Shown: piece by piece, positions 11,735 to 23,026 of the stretch | Layout of the letters: every line of letters begins with the position of its first letter | Numbering within the stretch: position 1 is the stretch's first letter | NCBI RefSeq assembly: GCF_004010195.1 | Contig: NC_057719.1 | Coordinates: 80,403,486-80,452,695 of the forward strand | Origin: Chiloscyllium plagiosum | Taxonomy: Eukaryota | Length of the DNA stretch: 49,210 nucleotides | Direction of reading: 5' to 3' | Notes under the pieces: generated by a model | Told to the model about the DNA's origin: nothing | Seen by the model: the letters and a program-made list of their open reading frames with translations, nothing else | The model's database searches: none | Program-made: the position numbers and the translations under genes

Positions 11735-12090
11735 AAGTCCCGAGGACTTAACATTGAGTTCTCCAATTTCAAGTAACCTTCTCACCCATTCCCTTAGCTC
11801 CCTTTCCAGCACCACCTCCTCCCTTCCATTCCACCTGCCGACCCTTCCTTCCAGCTACCAACCGATTCATCCCTTCCATCGACCAATCAGGTCGCATCCA
11901 TGACTGTGTTACCTATTACTATCTCACCATTCTGCTACTCTCCCCACCCCCCCCTCTCCTGCTCTTAATCTATAGCTCCCCTCTAACCCCACCTCCAGTC
12001 CTGAAGAAGGGTTATACCCGAAACATTAACTCCTTCACTTCATCATGTTACCTAGCTTACTGTGTTCTTCCAGCCTTCTGTTTATCTACC
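11735..12090 (+). mobile_element. PLE 3' end with pLTR (family C) and decayed hammerhead motif at 11997-12031
   Basis: ORF end GLNIEFSNFK*, C/T-rich tract, agtc-CTGAAGA-A-GGGT(TAT)ACCC-GAAA-CATTAACT; GGAAACA on both flanks. Confidence 0.8.
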
Positions 12091-13324
12091 GGGAAACAAT
12101 AGGCCAAAGTGTGTTATTTTCAGATTGGCAAGTAATGCATGGCATGCTGGAGGAACCAGTGCTGGAGTTTCAACTTTTTACAGTTGATATAAATTGTTTG
12201 GGACCGAAAATATGATTGCTAAATTTGCTGATGACGTAACAATAGATAGGAACATATATATTAACATTCATTTTGAGAGAGCTAGAATACAAGAGGAGAG
12301 ATGTACTGCTGAGGCTGTATAAGGCTCTGGTCAGACACTTTGGAATATTGTAAGCAGTTCTGGGCCCTGTATCTAAGGAGGGATGTGTTGGCATTGCAGG
12401 GAGTCCAGTGGAGGTTTACAAGAATGATCGCAGATATGAAGGGCTTGTCGTAAGAGGAGCAGTTGAGGACTCTGGGGTCTGTAGTTAATGGCGTTTAGAA
12501 GGATAACAGGGATCTCACTGAAACTTTTAGAATACCAAGAAGTCTGAATAGAGTGGATTTGGAGGAGATGTGAAGTAGGAGAGACGAGGACTCGAGGGCA
12601 CTGTCTCAGAATGAAAGGACAACCCTTTAGTCCTGAAATGAGGATGAATTTCTTCAGCCAGAGGGTTGTTAATCTGTGGAACTAATTGCTACAGAAGGCT
12701 GTGGAAGCCAGGTTGTTGAGTGTATTTGAGATAGAGATAATTAGGTTCTTTACTAGTAAAGGGATCAAGGGTTAGGGTTAAGGTTAGGGTCAGAATGGGA
12801 TTGAGAAACAGATCAGCAATAGTTGAACAGCGGAGCAGACTCGATGGCCTAATTTTGTGCCTATAGCTTACAGTCTTATGGTCTTATAAAGACAATGTAA
12901 GGAAGCTACAAAGGACTATAGATTGATTAAGTGAATGGCTAAGATCTGGTAAATGAAGTACAATTTGGGACTGCATGGAATTATTCATTTTGGTAGGAAG
13001 AATAAATTATCTAAATGAGGAGAGATTGCAGAGCTTAGCAATACAGAGGGATTTGGGTTTCCTGACACATGAATTGCAAAAGCTTAGTATGCAGAGACAG
13101 CAAGTAATTAGGAAACTTAACAGAATATTATTGTTTATTGAGGGGAGTTGAATACAAAAGTAGGGCTGTTATGCTTCATTTATACAGCACATCAGTGAGA
13201 CCACATCTCGAATCCTGTATATAGTATTGGTCTCCTTTTTTTGAGGAAGGATATAAAGCATTGGAATGCGTTCAGAGAATGCTTACGAGACTAATCTGTA
13301 GAATCAGTAGGGGTTGCCATTTTG

Positions 13325-13605
13325 TTTAGATTAGATTCCCTACAGTGTGGAAACAGACCCTGTGGCCCAACCAACCCACTTCCCTCTGACTAATGCGCCT
13401 AACACTATGGGCAAGTTAGCATGGCTAATTCACCTAACCTGCACATTGTTTTGGACCATGGGAGAAAACCAGAGCACCCAGAGGAAACCCACGCAGACAA
13501 GGGGAGAATGTGCAAACTCCACACAGTCACCCAAGGCTAGAATCGAACCCGGGTCCCTGATGCTGTGAGGCAGCAGTGCTAACCACTGAGCCTCCATGCC
13601 GCCCC
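13325..13605 (-). mobile_element. HE1-type V-SINE
   Basis: Reverse head, V-domain and tail, nested in CR1. Confidence 0.9.
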
Positions 13606-14179
13606 AAACGTCATATGAGGACAATTGTAGGCTAGGCTTGTATCTATGGGAGGTTGGAAAACTAAGAGGTGACATGATTTAAACATGAAAATCTTGAGAG
13701 GTCTTCTGAAGATGCATACGAGGATGTTTCCTTTTGTGAGATACTCTAGAACTAGAAGTGATGGTTTAAAAATGAGGGATTGCCCATTTTAAGGCAGTTA
13801 AGAAGTTTATTTCCTGAGGATCCTGAGTCATTGGAAACCTTTTCTTTGTAAGGCCATGGAAAAAAGAACCCTTACATCTCATTTTGAGGCAGTAGCAGAT
13901 AGATTCTTGACTGACAAGGGGGTGAAAGGTTATCAAAGGCAGGTGGAACTGAACAGCAATCAGTAACCAGCTTTTATTGAATTGCAGAGCAAGCTCAAGA
14001 AATCATATGACCTAGAGCTGCTCCTAAATTATATGCTTCTGTAATGGTCTCTTTCTAGCCCCAGTGAAATCAGAATGCTCCCATCTGTTCCTCACTCCAT
14101 CCTGCAGTTATTCTGAATTTACTGCTCTTCAAGGACTGCTTATATTTACTGTTTTACACAACACAAAAAGTAACTTCAA

Positions 14180-14745
14180 AGCTAAAAACTGACGATCCTG
14201 GAGATCTGAGATAAGAAAAACAAATAAAAGCCTTGATCAACCTCTTGCTTGTCATTTCTATCTTGCTCTAGCGTTAACACTTCCATCCCAGGTCTGCTGC
14301 AGTGTTCCAGCAAAGTTGAACTCAAGCTGGAGCTCAACTCATTTTCTGCTGATGCATTTTACAGCCTTCAAGACTCCATACTCACTTCAACAAATTCAGA
14401 GCATGAACACTGTCCTCCATTTTGATTATGTACCCTGCCCACCAGCCCATGTCCTATTTGCATGCCATTGTCTATTTTCTAATATTCACACCTACTAGTA
14501 ACACACATTTTGCATCTCAATCAGTCCTTTACTACCAGTAGCACCCCTTTTGCCTTTTATTCTGGGTGAATTCACAATTTGTCCCAATTTCCTGCCTTCC
14601 CCATTGTTTACACCATAAAAATGTTTATTTCTCAACTCCTTCAGTTCTGAAGAAGTCATCAGTCTCAAAGCATAACACTCCTTCCCTCTCCAGCTGCTGC
14701 TAGACCTGCTGAGTTTCTCCAGCACTTCCTGTTTAATTGTGAAAT
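14180..14745 (+). mobile_element. Decayed PLE 3' fragment with pLTR
   Basis: GLLQCSS...LQPSRL...FNKFRA*-like endonuclease C-terminus, agttCTGAAGAA remnant, gacctgctgagtttctccagca tail. Confidence 0.7.
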
Positions 14746-14799
14746 GCAGTTTACCTTGTTTATGTTATGATTACCTCTACTCTTCACTGAGTAACCAAT

Positions 14800-14900
14800 C
14801 AGATGGGGCCTCAGTTTTATGGCTGATCCCAAAGATGGCAGCTCTGACAGTGCAGCACTCCCTCTCCACTGAACTTGATGTGTCAGCCTGGCTTATAGGC
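14800..14900 (-). mobile_element. DeuSINE (SacSINE1-like) fragment
   Basis: aaagatggcagctctgacagtgcagcactccct...gtgtcagcct matches the Deu-domain as I recall it. Confidence 0.65.
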
Positions 14901-15283
14901 TGTAGTCAAGCTAAGTGAGTGTGGCCATATCAAGGAAAAGTTTGAGAACGCTTTGGCTTTGGCCTACACAGAAATTTATCTCAGTGTGCAGCTAAACTTA
15001 CAATGTTTTGTTTTAAACTTATTGTTGTACTTTAACCAATAGTATTCCTAAAGGAATCAAAACAATACATGAAAAAGACAAATTTTCAGTGGTTACAACT
15101 AAGAGTTAGGGAATGATTTTAATGGAATAGTTCTTTCAAAGAGCTAGGACAGGTATAATGGCATCCATTGCTTTTGACAGTTCAATTGATCCTAATTTTT
15201 GAAAGAGGTACTTAAAACCATGACTCTTCTGACTCTAGTAACTGTTCAGCTAAGATTGATTTTTAAAAATGTAAGAATAAAAT

Positions 15284-15845
15284 AGGGAGGGAGATAGTGG
15301 CAAAATGTTGCTATTATGATAAATATTATGAAACTGTAACTAGTTTCAACAAATTCAGAGCGTGAACACTGTCCTCCATTTTGATTACACACTATGCCCA
15401 CCACCCCATGTCCTGTTTGCTTGGCTTTGCCTATTCCCTAATATTCACACTGGCCATTAACACCTATATGTTCATTTCAATTAGTCCTTTGCTACAATTA
15501 GCACTCCACTTTGCCTTTTGCTCTGGGTATCTTCCATGAAACCTGTAATCCAGAGGCTCTATCTAATGGTATGGGGACATGAGTTCAAATCCTACCACAG
15601 CAGCTGTGGGATTTAAATTCAGTTCATAAATCTAGAATAGTAAGGATATCATACTGATCATGAAACTATCACTGAGTGTTGTAAATACTCCATCTGGTTT
15701 GCACATTTTTTTTTTGTTTTGCAGAAGGAAATCTGCTATGCACCAGCAACCTGGTTGATTCTACCCCATGAAATGGCCTGACCTGACACTCAATTCAAGA
15801 GAATAAGGGAGAGGCAATAAATGCTGTTTTAATGCCCCCATCACA
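15284..15845 (+). mobile_element. tRNA-derived SINE interrupted by a 190-bp PLE-derived segment
   Basis: Head gggagatagtggc, B-box GAGTTCAAATCC, ccatctggtt...aaggaaatctgc body, gcaataaatgctg tail; related pieces at 70-290 (-) and 4550-4598. Confidence 0.6.
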
Positions 15846-16379
15846 AAATAATTTTTAAAATACCAAGGGGTTGTCTCATAAAAGGTTTTTCTGCAGCTTT
15901 GTTTCATTAGGCAATATTTACAGTCCTTGGCCTGGTTTATGATCAGTGGGAATTGTCATTTGGAACTGGATGTTCTATTGTGATCCATTTATAATTCCCT
16001 TTTTCTCCTTATTCACTTTGGTCTCATCAGGCTAAATAATTAAAGTCAAGTTTTCATGTTTTTCTTATTGTCCACGTTACCCTGAAGTGTTTTTAAGCCA
16101 ACAGCACCCTGATTTAGATAGCATCTTTAAGATATAAAGCCAAGCAAGGCATTTCACAGGAACATTAGCAAATCACACTTTATACTGAGACCTTAAAAGG
16201 AAATAATAGTGCAATTGTCAGAAGCTTGCATCAAAAAGGTCTGCTGTAAGGATTATCTGAGGAGAGGGAAGAGAGGCAGAGCAGAAGAGGTAGGAATTCT
16301 GAGGTTTAAGGCTCAAACATTGGTGGATAAGTGGCAAGTTATATTTACATCACAGGAATGGTTCTTTCTAATAAGGAAG

Positions 16380-17215
16380 AATCACCCCTTGACATTCAAT
16401 TATATTACCATCACTGAATATCAACATCCTGGCCATGAACTGGACTAGCTAAGTACAGATTGTTGCTAAAAGAGCAGGTCAGAGGCTAGACTTCTGCAGG
16501 GAGTTCACCTCCTGCCTCCCAAAGCCTATCCACCATCTACAAGGTCCAACTCAGGAGTGTGATGGACCACTCCCCACTTGCCTGGATGGTTGCAGCTCCA
16601 ATAGCACTTTATAAAATCATGAGGGGCATTGATAGGGTAAATAGATAAGGTCTTTTCCCTGCGGTGGGGGAGCCCAGAACTAGAGGGCGTGGGTTTAGGG
16701 TGAGAGGGGAAACATTTAAAAGAGACCTAAGGGGCAATGTTTATACACAGAGGGTGGTGCATGTATGGACTGAGCTGTCAGAGGAAGTGGTGGAGACTGC
16801 TACAATGATAAAATTTAAAAGGCATCTGGATAAGTACACGAATAGGAAGGGTTTAGAGGGATATGGTCCAAATGTGACTGGACTAGTTTAGGATTAGTGG
16901 TCGGCATGTACGAGTTGGACCAAAGGGTCTGTTTCTGTGCTGTACATCTCTATATGGCGCTATGACCATGAAAACAAAACAACCTGCTTGATTGGCTTCA
17001 CATCCACAAGCATCTATTCCCTCCACTACCAATGCTCAGTAGCAGCAGCTTGTGCCATTTACAAGATGGAATGCAGTAACTTACAAAGGCCCTTAACATC
17101 TTCTGAATCTGTGATCACTACCCACCTGGAAGAACAAGGGCAGTGGATACTTGGGAACACCACAACTTGCAGATTCCCCTCCGAACCACTCACCATCGCG
17201 ACTAGCCATCATCAC
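16380..17215 (+). mobile_element. LINE (CR1/L2-group) 3' fragment with a nested CR1/HER1 3' end at about 16610-16965
   Basis: TIYKVQLRSVMDHSPLAWMVAAP-type RT C-terminus, interrupted by a tttataaaatcatgagggg...ctgtacatctctat insert. Confidence 0.8.
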
Positions 17216-17217
17216 CA

Positions 17218-18480
17218 GGGAAATCATGTCTCACAAACTTGATTGAATTTTTTGAAGTAGTAACAAAGAGGATTGATGAGGGCAGAGCAGTAGACATGAT
17301 CTATATGGACTTTGGTAAGGCTTTCAACAGGTTCTGCATGGGAGACTGGTTAGCAAGGTTAGATCTCTCAGAATACAGGGAGAACTAGCCATTTGGATAC
17401 AGATTTGACTCAATGGTAGAAGACAGAGGGTGGTGGTGGAGGATTGTTTTTCAGATTGGAGGCCTGTGACCAGTGAAGTGCCACAAGGATCGGTGCTGGG
17501 TCCTCTACTTTTTGTCATTTATATAAATGATTTGGATGCGAGCATAAGAGGTATAGTTAGTAAGTTTGCAGATGACATCAATTTTGGAGGTGTAGTAGAC
17601 AGCGAGGAGGATTATCTCAGATTACAACTGGACCTGGATCAGATGGGCCAATGGGCTGAGAAGCAGCAGATGGAGTTTAATTCAGATAAATGTGGGGTGC
17701 TGCATCTTGGAAAAGCAAATCTTAGCAGGACTTATACACTTAATGGTAAGGTCCTTGTGAAGGGTAGGTCTTGCCTTACAAGTCTTATTGAATTCTTCGA
17801 GGAGGTGACCAAGCATGTGGATGAGGGAAGAGCAGTGGATGTAGTGTACATGGATTTTAGTAAGGCATTTGATAAGGTTCCCCATGGCAGGCTTATGCGG
17901 AAAGTCAGGAGGCATGGAATAGAGGGAAATTTGGCCAATTGGATAGAAAACTGGCTAACCGGTCGAAGGCAGAGAGTGGTGGTAGATGGTAAATATTCAG
18001 CCTGGAGCCCAGTTACAAGTGGAGTTCCGCAGGGATCAGGTCTGGGTCCTCTGCTGTTTGTAATTTTTATTAATGACTTAGATGAGGGAGTCGAAGGGTG
18101 GGTCAGTAAATTTGCAGATGATACGAAAGTCGGNNNNNNNNNNNNNNNNNNNNNNNNNNNNNNNNNNNNNNNNNNNNNNNNNGAGCTAGAGGGCATAGGT
18201 TTAGGGTGAGAGGGGAAAGATATAAAAGAGACCTAAGGGACAACTTCTTCATACAGAGGGTGGTACGTGTATGGAATGAGCTGCTAGAGGAAGTGGTGGA
18301 GACTGGTACAATTGCAACATTTAAGAGGGATTTGGATGGGTCTATGAATAGGAAGGGTTTGGAGGGATATGGGCCAGGCGCTGGCAGGTGGGACTTGATT
18401 GGGTTGGGATATCTGTCGTCATGGACGGGTTGGACTGAAGGGTCTGTTTCCATGCTGTACATCTCTATGTCTCTATGACA
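17218..18480 (+). mobile_element. Two CR1 LINE RT fragments in tandem plus a 3' end
   Basis: ORF 17430-18209 contains VPQGSVLGPLLF...SKFADD twice and YMDFSKAFDKVPH; tctatgtctctatgac tail. Confidence 0.9.
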
Positions 18481-18969
18481 CTCGCCAGTGAGATCCACAT
18501 CCCACCAATGAATAAATAAAATCCGAAAGCTCATTTACCAGAGATGAATGAATCATTAAAGTTCGAGGAGCATGATTAATTTGGAGGTTTGTAGGACTGG
18601 AGGAGATTAGGAAAAGGAGATCATGGAGGAATTTGATAAGAAGGGATATTTTTTCATGTCTTCGAATCACTGGAATGGGAGCCAATATTGGTCAGTGAGC
18701 AGGGAGCTTGGTGGGAGCTTTGGGTGGGTACACGTTTCTGGAGTGGGGAGGCCGGCCTGGAATAAGTCTGTTCAGGATGATACAATTCTGCTGTTTTAAA
18801 TTATCCAAAAATATTCATACAACGGTAGCAAATGTGGAGCTCAATGAAAAGATATTTTTCAGGAGCCATTCTTGAAGTGGTGGGCAGTGATATGCCTGAC
18901 TTCACTTTCATCTAACATCACGCACTCAGATGAAAACAGCAAACTTAAGCACATTCATAAATACCAATT

Positions 18970-19085
18970 GTGGCTCAGTTGGCAGCACTCTCTGGCTATT
19001 AACTCAGAAGGTTGGGAATTCAAGCTCCACTTCAGTATGAAAGTAGGCTGACTCATTCACAATTTTACTGAAGGACTTCTGCACG
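18970..19085 (+). mobile_element. DeuSINE head fragment
   Basis: tggctcagttggcagcactctc...tcagaaggttg...ttcaagctccact...taggctgac. Confidence 0.55.
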
Positions 19086-19974
19086 ATGCTGGCATGAAGT
19101 TTATAATTCGTAAGAGGTGATAGCTAACAGGAATTAAACCAACAACTTACTCTCTGATTAACTTAAAGCAACAATAATTACTTAATAAGTCAGAGCCACT
19201 GGAGGCCTAGTTAATTAACATCGCTTACTAATAGGCTGTTAAGAAAATATTAACTATCAATGAACTGACATCCGGACATAACACATTTTAATATGCATTA
19301 GTATTTATCACTTACTCAAATCATCAGCAGAACTGTTGGAATATAATTATTACAAGCTGTAATGATATTATGAGGAGTCTGATTTACAATAAATACAAAT
19401 TGCCAGAGACGTTTTTACATGAGATGTGAACGCAGGTTAGTCCTCTCTCGCCGATGGACACTAAGGGTTTTGCTGGTTTCTCGACTAACAGGTGAAATTC
19501 AACCAACAAAAGTGAAAAAGCCCTGCATTAACAACTATTTATTTTGATTTCCCCAAATCTCAACAGTGACTACATTTCAAGAGGAACTCAGAGAACTCAG
19601 TGATGATTCGTGTACACTGGGCATTTTATATTAAAGTGACTAATTGACCATAAAAGGAAGACAGAACTTGTGAAAGCATCACACTCAAATCTGGAGGGCT
19701 CTTCAGATGATGATGAAAAGAATCCTTAAATTCATCAAATGTGTTAGTCGATTTTGTAGTCAATCTGAAGCTACACAGCATGAAGAATTATACCAGGATT
19801 CACGTAGACTGTGGGGGGTGGGAAATGAGTGAAATCGTTCTTAAGTATGCTGTTTTGGAAAATGTCGGTGGGGGGTGATTGACTCTCAGGGGAATGTAGC
19901 ACAAACAGCCAAGTTTCTGGTATCAAGACTGGCTCTAATGTAATGAGGGGTATGTCGGGTACAAGCAATTAATT

Positions 19975-21910
19975 GCAACAGGGGACTCTCTCTAGTCAGA
20001 GGCACAGAGTTGTTTCTGCGGCCAGCACCAAAAGCCAGAATGGTGTGTTGCCAGGATCGAGGATGTCTCAGAGAGAATACAGAATGTTCTCAAAACTGGA
20101 CAAATCCCCAGGACCTGGTCAGTGTACCCAATAACTCTGTGGGAAGCTAGGGAAGTGATTGCTGGGCCCCTTGCTGAGATATTTGTATCATCGATAGTCA
20201 CAGGTGAGGTGCCAGAAGACTGGAGGTTGGTTAACATCGTGCCACTGTTTAAGAAGGGTGGTAAGGACAAGCCAGGGACCTATAGATTGGTGAGCCTGAC
20301 GTCAGTGATGGGCAAGTTGTTGGAGGGAATCCTGCGGTACAGGATGTAAATGTATTTGGAAAGGCAAGGACTGATTAGGGATAATCAGCATGACTGTGTG
20401 TGGGAAATCATGACTCATGAACTTGATTGAGTTTTTTGAAGTAGTAACAAAGAGGATTGATGAGGGCAAAGCAGTAGATGTGACCTATATGGACTTCAGT
20501 AAGGCGTTCGACAAGATTCTCTGTGGGAGACTGGTTAACAAGGTTAGATCTCAGAATTCAGGGAGAACTAGCCATTTGGATACAGAACTGGCTCAAAGGT
20601 AGAAGAGAGGGTGGTGGTGGAGGGTTGTTTTTCAGACTGGAGGCCTGTTGGGTCCTGGGGAGTGTTGCTGAACAAAGACCTTGGAGTGCAGGTTCATAGC
20701 TCCTTGAAAGTGGAGTCGCAGGGAGATAGGATAGTGAAGGAGGCGTTTGGAAGGTTTTCTTTTTTTGGTCAGAGTATTGAGTACAGGAGTTGGGAGGTCA
20801 TGTTGCGGCTGTACAGGACATTGGTTAGGCCACTGTTGGAATATTGTGTGCAATTCTGGCCTCCTTCCTATTGTAAAGATGTTGTGAAACTTGAAAGGGT
20901 TCAGACAAGATTTACAAGGATATTGCCAGGGTTGGAGGATTTGAGCTATAGGGAGAGCCTGAATAGGCTGGAGCTGTTTTCCCTGGAGCATTGGAGGCTG
21001 AATGGTAACCTTATTGAGGTTTATAAAATCATGAGGGGCATGGATAGGGTAAATAGACAAGGTGGAGAAAGTGAGGACTGCTGATGCTGGAGATTAGAGG
21101 CAAGAGATTGGTGCTGGAAAAGCACAACAGTTCAGGCAGCATCCGAGGAGCAGGAGAATTGATGTTCAGGCATTAGCCCTTCATCAGGAATGAGTTGCTG
21201 ATGAAGGGCATTATGCCCAAAATGGAGCAGCACGATGGCTCAGTGGTTAGCACTGCTCCCTCACAGCACCATGGGTCCCAGGTTCAATTCCAGCCTTGGG
21301 CGACTGTGTGGAGTTTGCACATTCTCCCAGTGTCTGTGTGGGTTTCCTCCGGGTGCTCCGGTTTTCCTCCCACAATCCAAAGATGTGCAAGTCAGGCGAA
21401 TTGGCCACGCTAAATTGCCCGTAGTGTTAGGTACATTAGTCAGAGGGAAATGGGTCTGGGTGGGTTACTCTTCGGAGGGTCGGGTTGGACTGAAGGGCCG
21501 GTCTCCACACTGTAGGGAATCTAATCTAACAAAAGATGTCGATTTTCCTGCTCCTCAGATGCTGCCTGACCTGCTGTTCTTTTCCAGCACCACACAACTC
21601 TAAATAGACATAGTATTTTCCCTGGGATGGGGGAGTCCAGAACTAGAGGACACAGGTTTAGGGTGAGAGGGGAAAGATATAAGGGACCTAAGGAGCAACT
21701 TTTGCGTGCATAGTGTCTGGAATGAGCTGCCAGAGGAAGTGGTGGAGGCTGGTACAATTACAACATTTAAAAGGCATCTAGATAGGTAGATGAATAGGAA
21801 GGGTTTAGAGGGATATGTGACAAATGCTGGCAAATGAGACTAGATTGGGTTGGGATATCTGGTCGGCATGAACGAGTTGGACTGAAGGGTCTGTACCTCT
21901 CTATGACTCT
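19975..21910 (+). mobile_element. Internally deleted CR1 LINE interrupted at 21060-21600
   Basis: VPEDWRLVNIVPLFKKG, YRLVSLTSVMGKLLEGI, YMDFSKAFDK, LYRTLVRPLLEYCVQFW and the 3' UTR. Confidence 0.9.
21060..21600. mobile_element. Palindromic PLE pLTR insert (family A) with an HE1 SINE (21224-21531, +) nested in it
   Basis: Direct repeat TAAATAGACA (21050-21059 / 21601-21610); two oppositely oriented hammerhead remnants at 21157-21191 (-) and starting 21198 (+). Confidence 0.85.
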
Positions 21911-22728
21911 AAGTAGGGTGTAAAATGGGTGATCACCAGTAGGCTGCTTGTTTTAGTGACTTTTCCCCGATTCACTTCAAGAAGAAGTCAATTTATTTCA
22001 GTTGAGTTCTATTAAAACAAACCTGAACTAAGTGACATCCTGATTCAGACTTCAGCTTTGAGATTGATATTAAATGCTTCACGTGAAAGGTTACCAGTCT
22101 GAAGTGCTAAATTTGCTTCACTCGCCACTGATGCTGCCAGATCTGCTTCGCCTAGCCAGCAGATTGCTTCAAATGCAGTTCAATACTTACAATGTTTCCA
22201 GTCTTAAACTCTCAGCCCAATGCACCTCTATTCCAGATTATACCTTCTTCAGAATCTGAGCTGACTGAATTGCCAAATCAACAGTGATTTGTTCAGTCTT
22301 CAATCCACTCCTAAATATATATTTTTCTGGAGTGAAACCTGTGACATTAAAGAGCCAACAGCCAATAGGAATTAGAATGTGCAAGTCACCCAACGATTGA
22401 CTTAATACCAGCCATCATTGCTTAATAAGACAGAGCAACAAGGAGCTCAATTAATCAATGTCACTTATTAATAGTCTGATAAAGGACTATATTAAATGCT
22501 AATAAACCATGCTCTCAGGCAGAACGCCCTCCAACATGAATTAGCATTTACCAACAGTTCAAACTGCCCAGTAGGACTGTCACATATAATAATTACAGAT
22601 TATAATTACATTATTGGGTGCTAATTAATCTACAATAAAAATACAATTTGTTCAAATCTACCAATAAAATGCAAGGAAACTCTCCCATCCATCTTCTATT
22701 CCTTTTTCACATGTTCATGAATTTTCTC

Positions 22729-23026
22729 CGTTAAAAATCACACAACACCAGGTTATAGTTGAGAGTGTGTTGCTGGAAAAGCACAGCAGGTCAGGCAACA
22801 TCCGAGGAGCAGGAGAATCGATGTTTCGGGCCGGACCCCTTCATCAGGAATGATCTCATTCCAGCAACACACTCTCAACTCTGAACTCCAGCATCTGCAG
22901 ACCTCACTGTCTCCTAGAACACCAGATTATCATCCAACAGGCTTCCAAATAAACCTGTTGGACTATAACCTGGTCTTGTGCAACTTTTAACTTTGTACAC
23001 CCCAGTCTAATACCGGTACCTCCAAA
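22729..23026. mobile_element. Palindromic family B PLE insert with a family A PLE insert (22757-22917) nested in it
   Basis: Outer duplication TCATGAATTTTCTC (22715-22728 / 23027-23040); inner duplication AACACCAG(G/A)TTAT (22744-22756 / 22918-22930); hammerhead remnant at 22816-22851 (-). Confidence 0.85.

Larger units (their letters stand above)
10480..14045 (+). mobile_element. Long, heavily decayed CR1 LINE (endonuclease and RT remnants, 3' UTR) with nested inserts
   Basis: Remnants such as gccattacagagac, gacctggttttgtgc, ttagagttctttgaaga, gtatttgacaaggtgcca, aaatttgctgatgac; nested SINEs (about 10775-10905 and 13325-13605), PLE (11735-12090) and a second CR1 3' fragment (about 12265-12886). 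Confidence 0.8.
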
